A stretch of 64,000 nucleotides of DNA, taken from assembly GCA_047611865.1 (NCBI GenBank), contig JBLFWS010000001.1:46517-110516 (forward strand), in the 5' to 3' direction. Under the pieces are notes generated by a model. That model saw only the letters and a list, made by a program, of their open reading frames with translations, was not told the origin of the DNA and searched no databases. Positions 1 to 9,700 of this stretch are shown one piece after another. Within the stretch, counting starts at the first letter, position 1, and each line of letters begins with the position of its first letter. The position numbers were made by a program, and so were the translations under genes. This DNA is from Chlamydiales bacterium. GTDB taxonomy: Bacteria; Chlamydiota; Chlamydiia; Chlamydiales; JBDQID01.

Positions 1-2
1 GG

Positions 3-872
3 GGGCTTGGTATCGCTATCACCTTTTTGCTACTTCACAGCTACAGTGATAACTTAAACGCCGTTATTCCTTTACTCATATTACTAGGTTTATTTGGTGG
101 AATCTTCGAAGTCCCACTCGAATCCTATATACAAGCAGCAAGCCCAGAAAAATACCGGGGACAGATGATTGCTGCTGCAAACTCCCTTGGTTTCCTATGT
201 GTCTTTGGTGCCTCTGGATTTATTTACGCAAACACGAATATTCTTGGGCTACAGGCCAGCCAAGCCTTCGCCTTTATGGGAATCATTACACTCGTTTGCT
301 CATTCGCCTTTATGATAGCTACCCTAGATTATTTTGTACGTTTCCTCGCCTTTGCTGTTACACGCCTTTGCTTTCGGGTAACGATATCCAATGAAGATGA
401 ATCTACCGATAACTCTCCCTCTATTATCCTCTGCAACCGCCCGTCTTCATGGATAGACACCCTTCTATTGACAGCTATACAAAAACCTCCCCTCAGGTTT
501 CTAATTGAAAGCTCTAATTATGACAAAAAGGCTCTTACTTTTTTATGCCGCATTATGCGAATCATTCTTATTCCCGCCACACACTCTCCTGAGCAAAAGC
601 AGCGCATTTATACAGAAGCCACTACATCTCTTAGCGAGGGATACACCGTATGCCTGTTTACTAAGTCCAAGGACCTCCCCGCAGAAGAAAATAACCGATT
701 TGTTGAAGAAATTCAGAATACCTTTACTAAAGCTGGACACACAATTATTCCTGTAAGAATCAATGAAAAGCCCGCTCAACCTCCAGCCGGAAAGATGACA
801 AGTCTTTTAAAAGAATTCCCCTGGCACGTCACAATTGGTATTGGATCTGACGAAGAACCTAAGGAAAGTTAA
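3..872 (+). CDS. MFS transporter fused to a degenerate acyltransferase domain (LplT/Aas-like), 5'-truncated by the window edge
   Basis: Frame is open from position 3. Hydrophobic helices with VPLESYIQAASPEKYRGQMIAAAN are followed by a PlsC-like domain. Clear paralog of 46784..48535. Confidence 0.85.
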   Translation, partial: GLGIAITFLLLHSYSDNLNAVIPLLILLGLFGGIFEVPLESYIQAASPEKYRGQMIAAANSLGFLCVFGASGFIYANTNILGLQASQAFAFMGIITLVCSFAFMIATLDYFVRFLAFAVTRLCFRVTISNEDESTDNSPSIILCNRPSSWIDTLLLTAIQKPPLRFLIESSNYDKKALTFLCRIMRIILIPATHSPEQKQRIYTEATTSLSEGYTVCLFTKSKDLPAEENNRFVEEIQNTFTKAGHTIIPVRINEKPAQPPAGKMTSLLKEFPWHVTIGIGSDEEPKES

Positions 873-881
873 AAACTTTCA

Positions 882-2618
882 TTATGACATAAGCATGTCT
901 GAATGGATTTTGTTGAAGCCATATTTTGATGCAATGGCTAGTGCTGTTTCTCCATTTTCTGTCATCTCATATGGATCGGCCCCTTTCTCAAGTAAGTAAT
1001 GGACCATCTTCCTCTGACCATAGCCTGCAGCTGTATGAAGAAGAGACCAGCCTTTATCATCTCTAGTCGATAAAAGGTTTATCCCATGACCATCAAATAG
1101 CTTTATTAATTTCATTGACCCATTTTCTACTGCCGTAAAAATGGGAGATGATATTCCCATTCCAGTAAATGAAGAACGGGGATCAGCTCCTACTTTAAGG
1201 AGCTTTCCGATCATTTCATACTTATCTTCTCGAACAGCCCATTGAAGAGGTGTTAAGCCATTTTTCATGGGCATGTCCGGGTGGACTCCGAAATCTTTTA
1301 AGCATTCAACAACTTCTTTTCTCTCAAAATTTGCGGCCCCAAACAACAAACCCATTTCGTCTTCTAATGGGCCACCTTTTTCAAACAGAAATTTCACAAT
1401 ATCTATGTGGCCCTTTTGCACCGCTACTTCTATCGGTAAAATCATTGTTTCACTGCTACTGTTTATCTTCAAAGGTTCAGCTTCTTTTTCAAATAAAAGC
1501 TGGAGCATCTCTAGGTCCCCTTTATAAGCCGCGCTAAAAATTGGATTTGCCAAGCTAAGCTTACTCGAATTGAGATTCAGAATTCTTTCTAAAATCTGTC
1601 GCTTCTCATCTTTATTTTCCGCTGGACCCTCACTTTTACAAAACTCTTTAAAGCTCAGTGTTAAAAAAGGCTCATTTTTCTTATTCAGATTTTTTACGAT
1701 GTCTTTAGTAAGCAGATCAACACTTAGAGCTTTCTCAGGTTTCTTTGAATTGTTAGGATCATAAAAATAATATGACTCTCCATCAGAATAAACTCCACAA
1801 GCGTGACTGGTCGTCTTTGAGCTCTGTGTTATTTCAATATATTTTTCTTCTCCTGAATCAAGCCTTTCCTCAAAAAATGCCGATAGACTCGCATACTCTC
1901 CTGATTCATTGGGAGAAAATGGTGCGACAAAATTAAATGATTCATTGCAGCCTTTAATTTCTTCTCTGTCTGAAATAAGCTTTAGCTTATCAAAGTCCTG
2001 AGTCACTCCATTGCTGTCAGGAAACGACTGTAAAAAAATCATCTGGCCTACTAAGTTTTCAATTTCATTTCTCCGATCTTGAGAAACTTCTGAAATTTCA
2101 CCATTTGCAATCAACTCAAGATCCTTATAAAAATCCTCAACTCCATTTGTAAGCATATGATAAGCCCACAAACTAGATAGGCCGTAGCAATGTCCCTGTT
2201 CTATATCTGAATAAAGTTTGATTCCTCCCTGTGAATCAAAATGTTTTTTCACGTTATCTAAGAGATTGTCCTGTGAAAAATCAGTAGGAAGCTCAGTTCT
2301 CTCCCATCGCCCGAACCCGTTGTTCACCGAAAAGTCCAATACTTTTATAACAAGATCTTGCTTCTTATGTGCTTCAATTTCTCCAAAGATCTCATTAATC
2401 CTCATTGTAGTCGGATCACTCATAGAGTTCTCAAGCTTCGCCTCAATTGACTCAGCATCGTGACCGGGGCAGTTAACAAAGATAAAATCTGAAACATCTG
2501 CCAGAAAATTCTGAAGCTTTTCACCCTCTGCACTTCCTAGATCCTTGGATTTATCCATAAAATTCAGCCAGTTAGAAACATCCATATGGTAAGTAGTTTG
2601 AGCTTGTACGCCTGCCAT
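882..2618 (-). CDS. Ankyrin-repeat protein with an N-terminal YopT/C58-like cysteine protease domain (candidate effector)
   Basis: C-terminal ANK repeats (GLTPLQWAV, GWSLLHTAAGYG, GETALAIA) and triad-like motifs GHCYGLSSLW, SHACGV, YFYDPN. Start moved to ATG 2618, which follows an AAGGAG RBS. Confidence 0.8.
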   Translation of the reverse strand: MAGVQAQTTYHMDVSNWLNFMDKSKDLGSAEGEKLQNFLADVSDFIFVNCPGHDAESIEAKLENSMSDPTTMRINEIFGEIEAHKKQDLVIKVLDFSVNNGFGRWERTELPTDFSQDNLLDNVKKHFDSQGGIKLYSDIEQGHCYGLSSLWAYHMLTNGVEDFYKDLELIANGEISEVSQDRRNEIENLVGQMIFLQSFPDSNGVTQDFDKLKLISDREEIKGCNESFNFVAPFSPNESGEYASLSAFFEERLDSGEEKYIEITQSSKTTSHACGVYSDGESYYFYDPNNSKKPEKALSVDLLTKDIVKNLNKKNEPFLTLSFKEFCKSEGPAENKDEKRQILERILNLNSSKLSLANPIFSAAYKGDLEMLQLLFEKEAEPLKINSSSETMILPIEVAVQKGHIDIVKFLFEKGGPLEDEMGLLFGAANFERKEVVECLKDFGVHPDMPMKNGLTPLQWAVREDKYEMIGKLLKVGADPRSSFTGMGISSPIFTAVENGSMKLIKLFDGHGINLLSTRDDKGWSLLHTAAGYGQRKMVHYLLEKGADPYEMTENGETALAIASKYGFNKIHSDMLMS

Positions 2619-2815
2619 CCCTATTCTCCTTAATAACAATATAACTACAATATTAACATCGCCGAATTAACTATACGTAAAGGCTTTGTTTAGTTTTGTA
2701 CAATTTAGACGTAAAACCTTTACAGATTGTTATTAATTACTTAACAAAGTATTCATATTCACCCTGTATAATGTAACTATTATAGTTAAACCTATATCAA
2801 GGGAAATGGAAAGCC

Positions 2816-3463
2816 ATGATCAATAGCCTTTCAAACTCATTACAAGAATATGAAATCGTTGGCTCAATTCAGGATCGGCGCAACGAAGAATTCCCAAAAC
2901 ATTCCGAGTCTTATGGCAATATCATTAATAACTTCCTCAAAGACATGAAACAGCTCGAGAACAAAACTGGCGTTGTTATAGGTGTCGGCAACAAACAAGC
3001 CCAATGGGCAGATAAGGGCTGGGAAACCCTGGATATTGACAGCACATATAACCCTACTTTCGTTATGAGCGCTGACAACATGGTAGAAATTAAAGATGAA
3101 ACAAAAGACGTTCTTTTAGCCGAACACCTTCGAATTAGTCGTTTTGTTGATGGCAAGCAACTGCCTGGAGCAAACCCTCAACAGTTTATCGAAGAAGCTC
3201 ACCGAATCTTAAAGACAGGCGGCCAACTAATTATTAAAACAGTAGACCATAACGACGGGTTTACTTACGACCCAAACAGTCAGTCAACTTGGTACACAAC
3301 TGCCATCCCCAAAAAGAAACTATTCACCGAATGGCTCCAAAAGGACGATAAATTTGATGTCGTAATCTTAAAAGGACAATTTCGCCAAACCAATGCTATT
3401 GTAGGGGAGGGATCAAATATTCCCGCTCAGAGAAAGATCTTTTATATTGCTGAAAAAAAATAG
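2816..3463 (+). CDS. Class I SAM-dependent methyltransferase-like protein
   Basis: VIGVG motif I, GWETLDID, EAHRILKTGGQLII post-II motif. Confidence 0.65.
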   Translation: MINSLSNSLQEYEIVGSIQDRRNEEFPKHSESYGNIINNFLKDMKQLENKTGVVIGVGNKQAQWADKGWETLDIDSTYNPTFVMSADNMVEIKDETKDVLLAEHLRISRFVDGKQLPGANPQQFIEEAHRILKTGGQLIIKTVDHNDGFTYDPNSQSTWYTTAIPKKKLFTEWLQKDDKFDVVILKGQFRQTNAIVGEGSNIPAQRKIFYIAEKK

Positions 3464-3468
3464 CGTTC

Positions 3469-3765
3469 TTATTCGTTCCCCGTGGAATCCTCTTGCTGAT
3501 TTACACCGGAAGAGTCTCTTTCTTCAACAACATGCTCATAAAGCTTTGTATTGGCAGCCCTTTCCAGCTCCTGCCAATAGCCACGATCCATCCAACCATG
3601 GCTGCCATTCCAATAGCTACAAAACCAAAGTATCCCCCAGATGGGAAGAACTACATAAGTGATCTTCAAAAAAGTCGGGATTCCGACATCATCAAACTCG
3701 TCAACCTCATCCTTGCCAAAATGCACAACATGATGTTGCTCCTCGTGTTGATACTCTTCAAACAT
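3469..3765 (-). CDS. Small membrane protein resembling the N-terminal domain of cbb3 subunit CcoP/FixP, without heme motif
   Basis: H..DEVDEFDDVGIP followed by a TM helix resembles FixP_N (H..DGI.EYDNPLP). No CxxCH. Last gene of the cbb3 operon; start ATG 3765 after an RBS. Confidence 0.55.
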   Translation of the reverse strand: MFEEYQHEEQHHVVHFGKDEVDEFDDVGIPTFLKITYVVLPIWGILWFCSYWNGSHGWMDRGYWQELERAANTKLYEHVVEERDSSGVNQQEDSTGNE

Positions 3766-3976
3766 CGCCCTTCTCCTTTTCACTTATACTTTCTTCATCC
3801 TTCATCATTTGATACTTTGGCTCCTCGTCCATATCCAAACGCCCCTTCCGCCACAAGTAAACGAAAACCAGTAAAGCACTACCCACAAAGGCTATTACCA
3901 TAGAATAGTGCATTACCTCACCACAAACACCACCCCCATCAAGAGGAGTCGAATTAGCAAGCATTTTAAAAGTCAT
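3758..3976 (-). CDS. CcoS/FixS-like small membrane protein (start uncertain)
   Basis: TM helix then WRKGRLDMDEEPKYQMMKDEE, similar to the CcoS W..KSGQFDD.E.P..R motif. Confidence 0.6.
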   Translation of the reverse strand: MTFKMLANSTPLDGGGVCGEVMHYSMVIAFVGSALLVFVYLWRKGRLDMDEEPKYQMMKDEESISEKEKGDV

Positions 3977-3989
3977 TTGCACGATACGT

Positions 3990-5273
3990 CTATGCCCCCC
4001 GGCTCCTGCCTTCAATAATGTCAATCGTACGAACAGGGTCCTTTCCGAGCCACCATGCCTGAGTCGGAGGGGTAATTCTTGTGCCCTTCGTCATCAAATA
4101 CTGAAACATCGCCTCAAACTGATAGTTTGGCACCCCAAACGGACTTTTTGAAGTACCCCGAGGGTCTTCATCAAAAAAGTGATGGAAGGCCGGCATAATA
4201 GATCCAGGGCTTTCCGTTTTGGGAGACCAAAAATGTGATTTATGCCAGTCCCGGCTTTGCCGCTTTACCCCAACGCGAGATAAATCAGGCCCAATCCGTC
4301 TAGTTCCTGGAAAGCTTATATTTTGGTAGATATATTCATTCGGTGAGGATGGAGGAGCAGGAAATGAATCAGAACCATTATGAATCGTATCCTGAATTAG
4401 TGTACGCGTTTGGTCAGTATGACAATACCAGCATCCTTCCGCAGCAAAGATCCCTTCACCCATCTGAATTAATTCTTTTCGAGACAAGAAGCTCAACTTT
4501 TCACCTTTCAATTCCTCAAGTCCGTTAATTGAATTTCCATATTTGTCATATTTCCAGCCCTCTTGATTGCCCATCCGAAAATGACTAATATGATACTCCT
4601 GAGGATTGCTAACGTACAAGACACCTAAGTCTTTGTGATAGTCCTGGCGAACACCCGCATCAATAATTTTGTAGTTCTCATCGACCCAGTTTTCTGTAAT
4701 CCCATCACTGTCATAGATCGCAAACGCTTCTTTCATTCCCGGGTCGTAGAGCTCAAGAATATGAAAAAAAGGCTTACGCTCTCCTTTGTCTTTCCAGCTA
4801 GGATGATGCTGCTCCCAATCAATTTGCAGCTCCTGCTGCAATTTTTCTGCCTCAGTAACTGGGTTATAACTTAGATCTTTCCCATTATCCTGAGGATCTC
4901 TAAGTAATAGCAAACGAGAACTTAACTTAATTTCTTTCTCTCCCAATTTGGTAATAAAGCGTCTCAATTCTCTTGGGGCCACTATTCGAGTAGTTTCTGT
5001 CTCTGAAAAATTCAGCAAATCATTATCTTCACGAAGGTGGTATACAGCCTGAATATCCCCACTACCAGTTTGCGCGGTACTAATGTAGACGTTCGGGTCT
5101 GAGATTTCATACATCTGCTTTTGGTAGACACTGGAAGGCTTTGTCCAGTTTGGATCTACATACCTCGGAGCAATCACTGTCACTGCTACTGCTGAAGAAA
5201 AAAGGAGAACAACTCCAATTACTGTAAGCACGGCAGAGCTCTCTACCTTTCCCATAAATCCATTAGTACTCAT
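3990..5273 (-). CDS. ccoO: cbb3-type cytochrome c oxidase subunit II with a long N-terminal insertion
   Basis: AEGCWYCHTDQTR, GTRRIGPDLSRVG, PGSIMPAF; start overlaps the ccoN stop. Confidence 0.85.
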   Translation of the reverse strand: MSTNGFMGKVESSAVLTVIGVVLLFSSAVAVTVIAPRYVDPNWTKPSSVYQKQMYEISDPNVYISTAQTGSGDIQAVYHLREDNDLLNFSETETTRIVAPRELRRFITKLGEKEIKLSSRLLLLRDPQDNGKDLSYNPVTEAEKLQQELQIDWEQHHPSWKDKGERKPFFHILELYDPGMKEAFAIYDSDGITENWVDENYKIIDAGVRQDYHKDLGVLYVSNPQEYHISHFRMGNQEGWKYDKYGNSINGLEELKGEKLSFLSRKELIQMGEGIFAAEGCWYCHTDQTRTLIQDTIHNGSDSFPAPPSSPNEYIYQNISFPGTRRIGPDLSRVGVKRQSRDWHKSHFWSPKTESPGSIMPAFHHFFDEDPRGTSKSPFGVPNYQFEAMFQYLMTKGTRITPPTQAWWLGKDPVRTIDIIEGRSRGA

Positions 5274-6703
5274 GCTTCTCCGCCAAGATCTGATTTTTTC
5301 ATATCCTTTTTCGGATCAAGGATAATGGTATTAAACATATTGACTGCAAACAAAATATTACCCAATAAGATAAGAACCCCTGCTAAGCCTCTCAAAACCC
5401 ACCAAACTCTGGACATCTCAATAGTTTGCAGAAATGACAACTGACTGATGTTGTTGTGGAATTCAGCGTAGCTACTCCCATTTGCCCAAGAAGCCCATTG
5501 CATTCCCTGCAAGTAACCTCCAATCCACAAAGCACTAAACATCAACAAAGATCCAGCAAGATTTAGAGTAAAGTGCCAATTAGAAAGTCTTTCAGACCAA
5601 ATGGGCTTTTTTGTCATCACATGAACAGAGTGATAAACCCCAGCAATAGCAAAGTATGTAAAAGCTCCGTAGAGGGCCATATGTGCGTGTCCAATAATCC
5701 AATCTGTCTTTGACGTTATTTCATTGACGTTACGCAATGATTGTAAGGGTCCCTGTATACATGTTAGGAGATAAAAGAGCGTTCCCATCATCAAAAAACG
5801 GATCGGAGCACTTTGAGTGTACAAACCCCAATGTCCCTTAAGGGTCATGAAAAAGTTTGCAATTACTGTCCAAACTGGAATAAATAACCATATAGAGAAA
5901 ATAATAGCCACTGTTTGGAGCCACTGTGAAATAGGCCCATGAATAATATGGTGGGCACCTACCCATGCGTAAGTCAACGCTATTGTCCAAAATCCAATCA
6001 TAGAAAGTCTGTGACTATATATGGGAACCTTAGCAATTCGTGGGAGAAAGTAATATGCCGCAGCAACACCCATGGGTGTAAATATTAAGCCCACAAGGTT
6101 GTGTACATAGAAAAATGAAGCATTCACTTTTGATATACCCCCTGGAAGAAATTCCAGGCCAAAATTCCCTATTACAAAAGTAAAAGTCGTCCAGACCAAG
6201 GATCCCATCGTATACCAGAGCGATACATACATCTTCTTAAACTTTCTGTCTGCGATGGTCATGAAAATATTCACGGAAAAAGTAAGCCAAGCTACGGTAA
6301 ATATAGCTTTTACCGGTATCCACCCACCAAGCATCATAGGAAGCTCTGCATATTCCCAACCATAGTTTGTCCCAAAGGGAAATGAGTACACTCCCACTAC
6401 CAAAGAAAACCACCAAAGAGCACAGGTATAGTTCGCAAGTTTTGTGCTCCATAAGGGTGTTCCACAAAGCCTGGGAACGAAAAAATATATTAGTCCAGCG
6501 TCTACTGATAGAAGCCACAGTAACGTCACATGACCTACATGTACCGGCCTAAGCCGACCAAAGTGAACATACTCACCTCTGAAATAATCAGGAAAAACAA
6601 AGCCATTAAAAGAAATGAATACACCCATACTCAAGCCTATCACCAAAAAGATGATGGCAGGATAAATCATTTGCTTTGCAGCCCTGTCATTAAATTCAAT
6701 CAT
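5270..6703 (-). CDS. ccoN: cbb3-type (C-family) heme-copper oxidase catalytic subunit
   Basis: GRLRPVH, FYVHNLVG, YAWVGAHH (helix VII Tyr plus CuB His-His), DWIIGHAH. Confidence 0.9.
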   Translation of the reverse strand: MIEFNDRAAKQMIYPAIIFLVIGLSMGVFISFNGFVFPDYFRGEYVHFGRLRPVHVGHVTLLWLLSVDAGLIYFFVPRLCGTPLWSTKLANYTCALWWFSLVVGVYSFPFGTNYGWEYAELPMMLGGWIPVKAIFTVAWLTFSVNIFMTIADRKFKKMYVSLWYTMGSLVWTTFTFVIGNFGLEFLPGGISKVNASFFYVHNLVGLIFTPMGVAAAYYFLPRIAKVPIYSHRLSMIGFWTIALTYAWVGAHHIIHGPISQWLQTVAIIFSIWLFIPVWTVIANFFMTLKGHWGLYTQSAPIRFLMMGTLFYLLTCIQGPLQSLRNVNEITSKTDWIIGHAHMALYGAFTYFAIAGVYHSVHVMTKKPIWSERLSNWHFTLNLAGSLLMFSALWIGGYLQGMQWASWANGSSYAEFHNNISQLSFLQTIEMSRVWWVLRGLAGVLILLGNILFAVNMFNTIILDPKKDMKKSDLGGEA

Positions 6704-6713
6704 TTGGAACCCC

Positions 6714-9700
6714 TCAAGATCTATCGCTCACAAAAGTCGCAATCTTTTCTTTGTAGTTTTCATATATCTCCGCTTGCTTTGAACGAGACTGAGCTGCTAA
6801 ACGCATCTGTGAAAGCAGTACAGCTTTCATGCCCTTCATTGCTTCAAGCCGCTCTCCAACCTTAGCCAATTCATCACTTCGCTCAAGAGAGGGTAACTTC
6901 CCTCTTAATCTATCCACTTTCCTCTGATTCACATCCACCTGATGATCGAGATCGCGAACAATTTCCTGAGCCTTATTCTGCATAAAGCGCTCTCGATAAG
7001 GATCTTTTTCCATTAGCAAGTCGCCGTTGAGCCTCGTATACCGACCTTTGTTTAAAGCAATGATTTCAAATAATTTCGTGATGATTTTTTCATCTGCCTT
7101 TTTTGCTATAAATCGCAAGCCAATTTCCGAGTAAAACTTTTGTTCATCGTCGAATTCATCCTTTAAATTCAAGAGAATAGCATCTACTTCTTTTCGCTTC
7201 TTCAAATGATCCATAACTACCAGCTCTTTAGAATAGGACCGAGCAGCTTCTTCTAAAGTAATTGTTCCCTCTTGGGATTTTTCATAATTGTCTTGTCTTG
7301 CCCGAAGGGCCCGCTTGTATTCCCCCTGCAAAACATTCAGTTTTTTACCTTCAATGTTTCGGGTGTCAGAAATAGCTCTTCCTGTAGTTTCAAACGCATT
7401 AAAAAGAACACTCACCATGTCTTCCCGGTGTTTCTTTTCAACACTCAGACTTCGAATAAACATCACCAACTGAATTCTCTGCAGTGTATTTGTCTTGTCA
7501 CCCCACGGGGTCATGGCTGTGCCAGGAACCCCGTATTTAATGGAACGGAGAAGGCGCAAATCATCCCTTGTTTTCAACCAGGGAAGATTTGTTAGCATGC
7601 GGGGCTTGGCCTCCTCCATCGTAGCCGAACGAGGTCCATCTCCAGCTGCTTCCTTTCCATGACAGTGACTACAGTTAGCAAGAAACAAGCTCCCACCTTC
7701 AGAAATATTTTTCTCTGTATAATACTTCTGCTTTATGAAGAACTCCTTTTCTTCAACTCCCTCAACGGCATCCTTCACATCGAAAACCTCATCTACTTCC
7801 GGGGCTTTCCCTATTTTTTTTTCTTCTGACTTAAAAAACTTTGTGGCTAATAAAAAATTAGGAATAAAGCCTGAGCTCAGTACTTCACTCATAGAATCAT
7901 CAACTTTATCTTCTGTCTCACCCTGTAAAACATCTTTTTCTTCATACAGCTCTTTCAAGACATCTTCAGGTGTGTATTTCCATTTTTCAACATCATTCTC
8001 GGACTTAATGACGTGCGCTCCAGGTAAAGACTGAAACAACCAGTCTACAATACGTTCTATTTCTGATTCTTTTAAAAGGGCCGAGCTATCTCCCAGCTCT
8101 GCCGCTGCTGCGGTTTCCCCCCATGGTGGCATGGGGGTGCCCTGAACACCGTGGGTAATTGAATTCACAGCTCTTTCCCGAGTTAAATTTCTCAAGAAAG
8201 TAGCATCTCGAAGATTCTTAGGAATAGGATATATCCATTGAGATACCGTCCCCTTACCGTGAAAATGCTCGCCATGACACTGCATACAGTGCCACTCATA
8301 AGCCATCGCGGGGTCGAAGCCTCGCTCGTCCCAAATTTCCCGTAAGCTATCTCTATTCTGCTTGCCAAGCACCCGAAGCATATTTGTCAAAGCATAAAAC
8401 TTACTTTCATCCAGCGGCATTACAGGCATTATTGATCTTGCTGTATAAGCTGATGGGTTTCGGAAGTGACCTATAAGCCATTCGTTATCACGATATACAC
8501 CAGACCAATGCAATCGTGGGGCAATATCTCTACCTAGACCATATTCTTGAATGTACATCATGAACACGCGCTGAACGAGATCTTTGTAATGTTCATGCTC
8601 TTCTAATATTCGGCTTCTTTCAGTAGAGCTTTCCGCTTTTGCGATTAACTGCTCATAATGGTGATTCTTTGCTCTCATTGCATATTTGAAAGGGCTATAA
8701 AATGAGCTCAAAATCTTTGGAGTCTTTTCCTCAATCTTTTCCAGTATTGAAGACTCACGAACATTTTGAACAATCCGCTTATCAATCTCCTGACCCTTTT
8801 GGTCAATCATATCGACAATTCGCGAACCAATAAGATCTTCTGGAAACAGCCGGTAGAACCACTGTCGTTCTTTAAATACTTCCTTAAAAGAAGCCTCTTC
8901 TTTCTCTACTCGATAACCAACATTAGACTCAAAACCTTTCAGCCTATGACATGAAGCACAACCCTCATTAGTGTATATGTCCATAGCCACTTCCACATCA
9001 TTCCACTCTGAAACGGGTAGAGGTTTTTCCCAAGCGCGCTTCTTTCCCCCAGCCCACTCCTTGAGAGAAACTTGTGTCAACACTTCAGAAGTTGTCTTGT
9101 CTTCCTTTCTTTGTGCCATCAGAAAGGCTAATAAATCTTCCACTTCCTCATGATCGAGCTTAAAGTTTGGCATTGTTGAAGTTTTCAAATTCGATTGAGG
9201 CCAAACAATTGCCTCTTTGACATACCAAGGATACATCTGTCCAATTTCTGAAAGATCCGGACCCACCTGCCCCCTGGATAAGCCGCCAATTTTGTGGCAA
9301 GCATAACAGGCTGTACTCATGTAAAGCTGCTGTCCTCGAAAGTAACTACCCATTGCATCTTCTGCATCCGACCTTAGGCCATGTACTAACTCTTGATCCA
9401 ATATCGCTGTTTCCAGGGGCGCCTTCACCCTATCCATAAGCTGAATAACCTCACCAGCTTCTTCCATCGCAGCCATTTTAGCAAAAATACTTCCTGAAAT
9501 ACCCTTTCCATTTGAAACATGTCGAGAGAGAAAACCCAAAAGGGTCTCAGTAGGACTTGAAGCCAACGCTCTGGCTTCTGCCTCCAACTTTCTCAAATAG
9601 ATTTCTGAACCCAGAATTTTGGAAATTTCACCATTTATCGCATTTAATACCGCTTCGTCGTCTACATATTTGTCGGTTTTTTGTAGGTAGTCCTGAACTC

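Noticed and set aside
5270..6703. Nitric oxide reductase (NorB) instead of CcoN
   Set aside because: It lacks the NOR glutamates after the helix VI His and retains the cbb3 helix VII Tyr.
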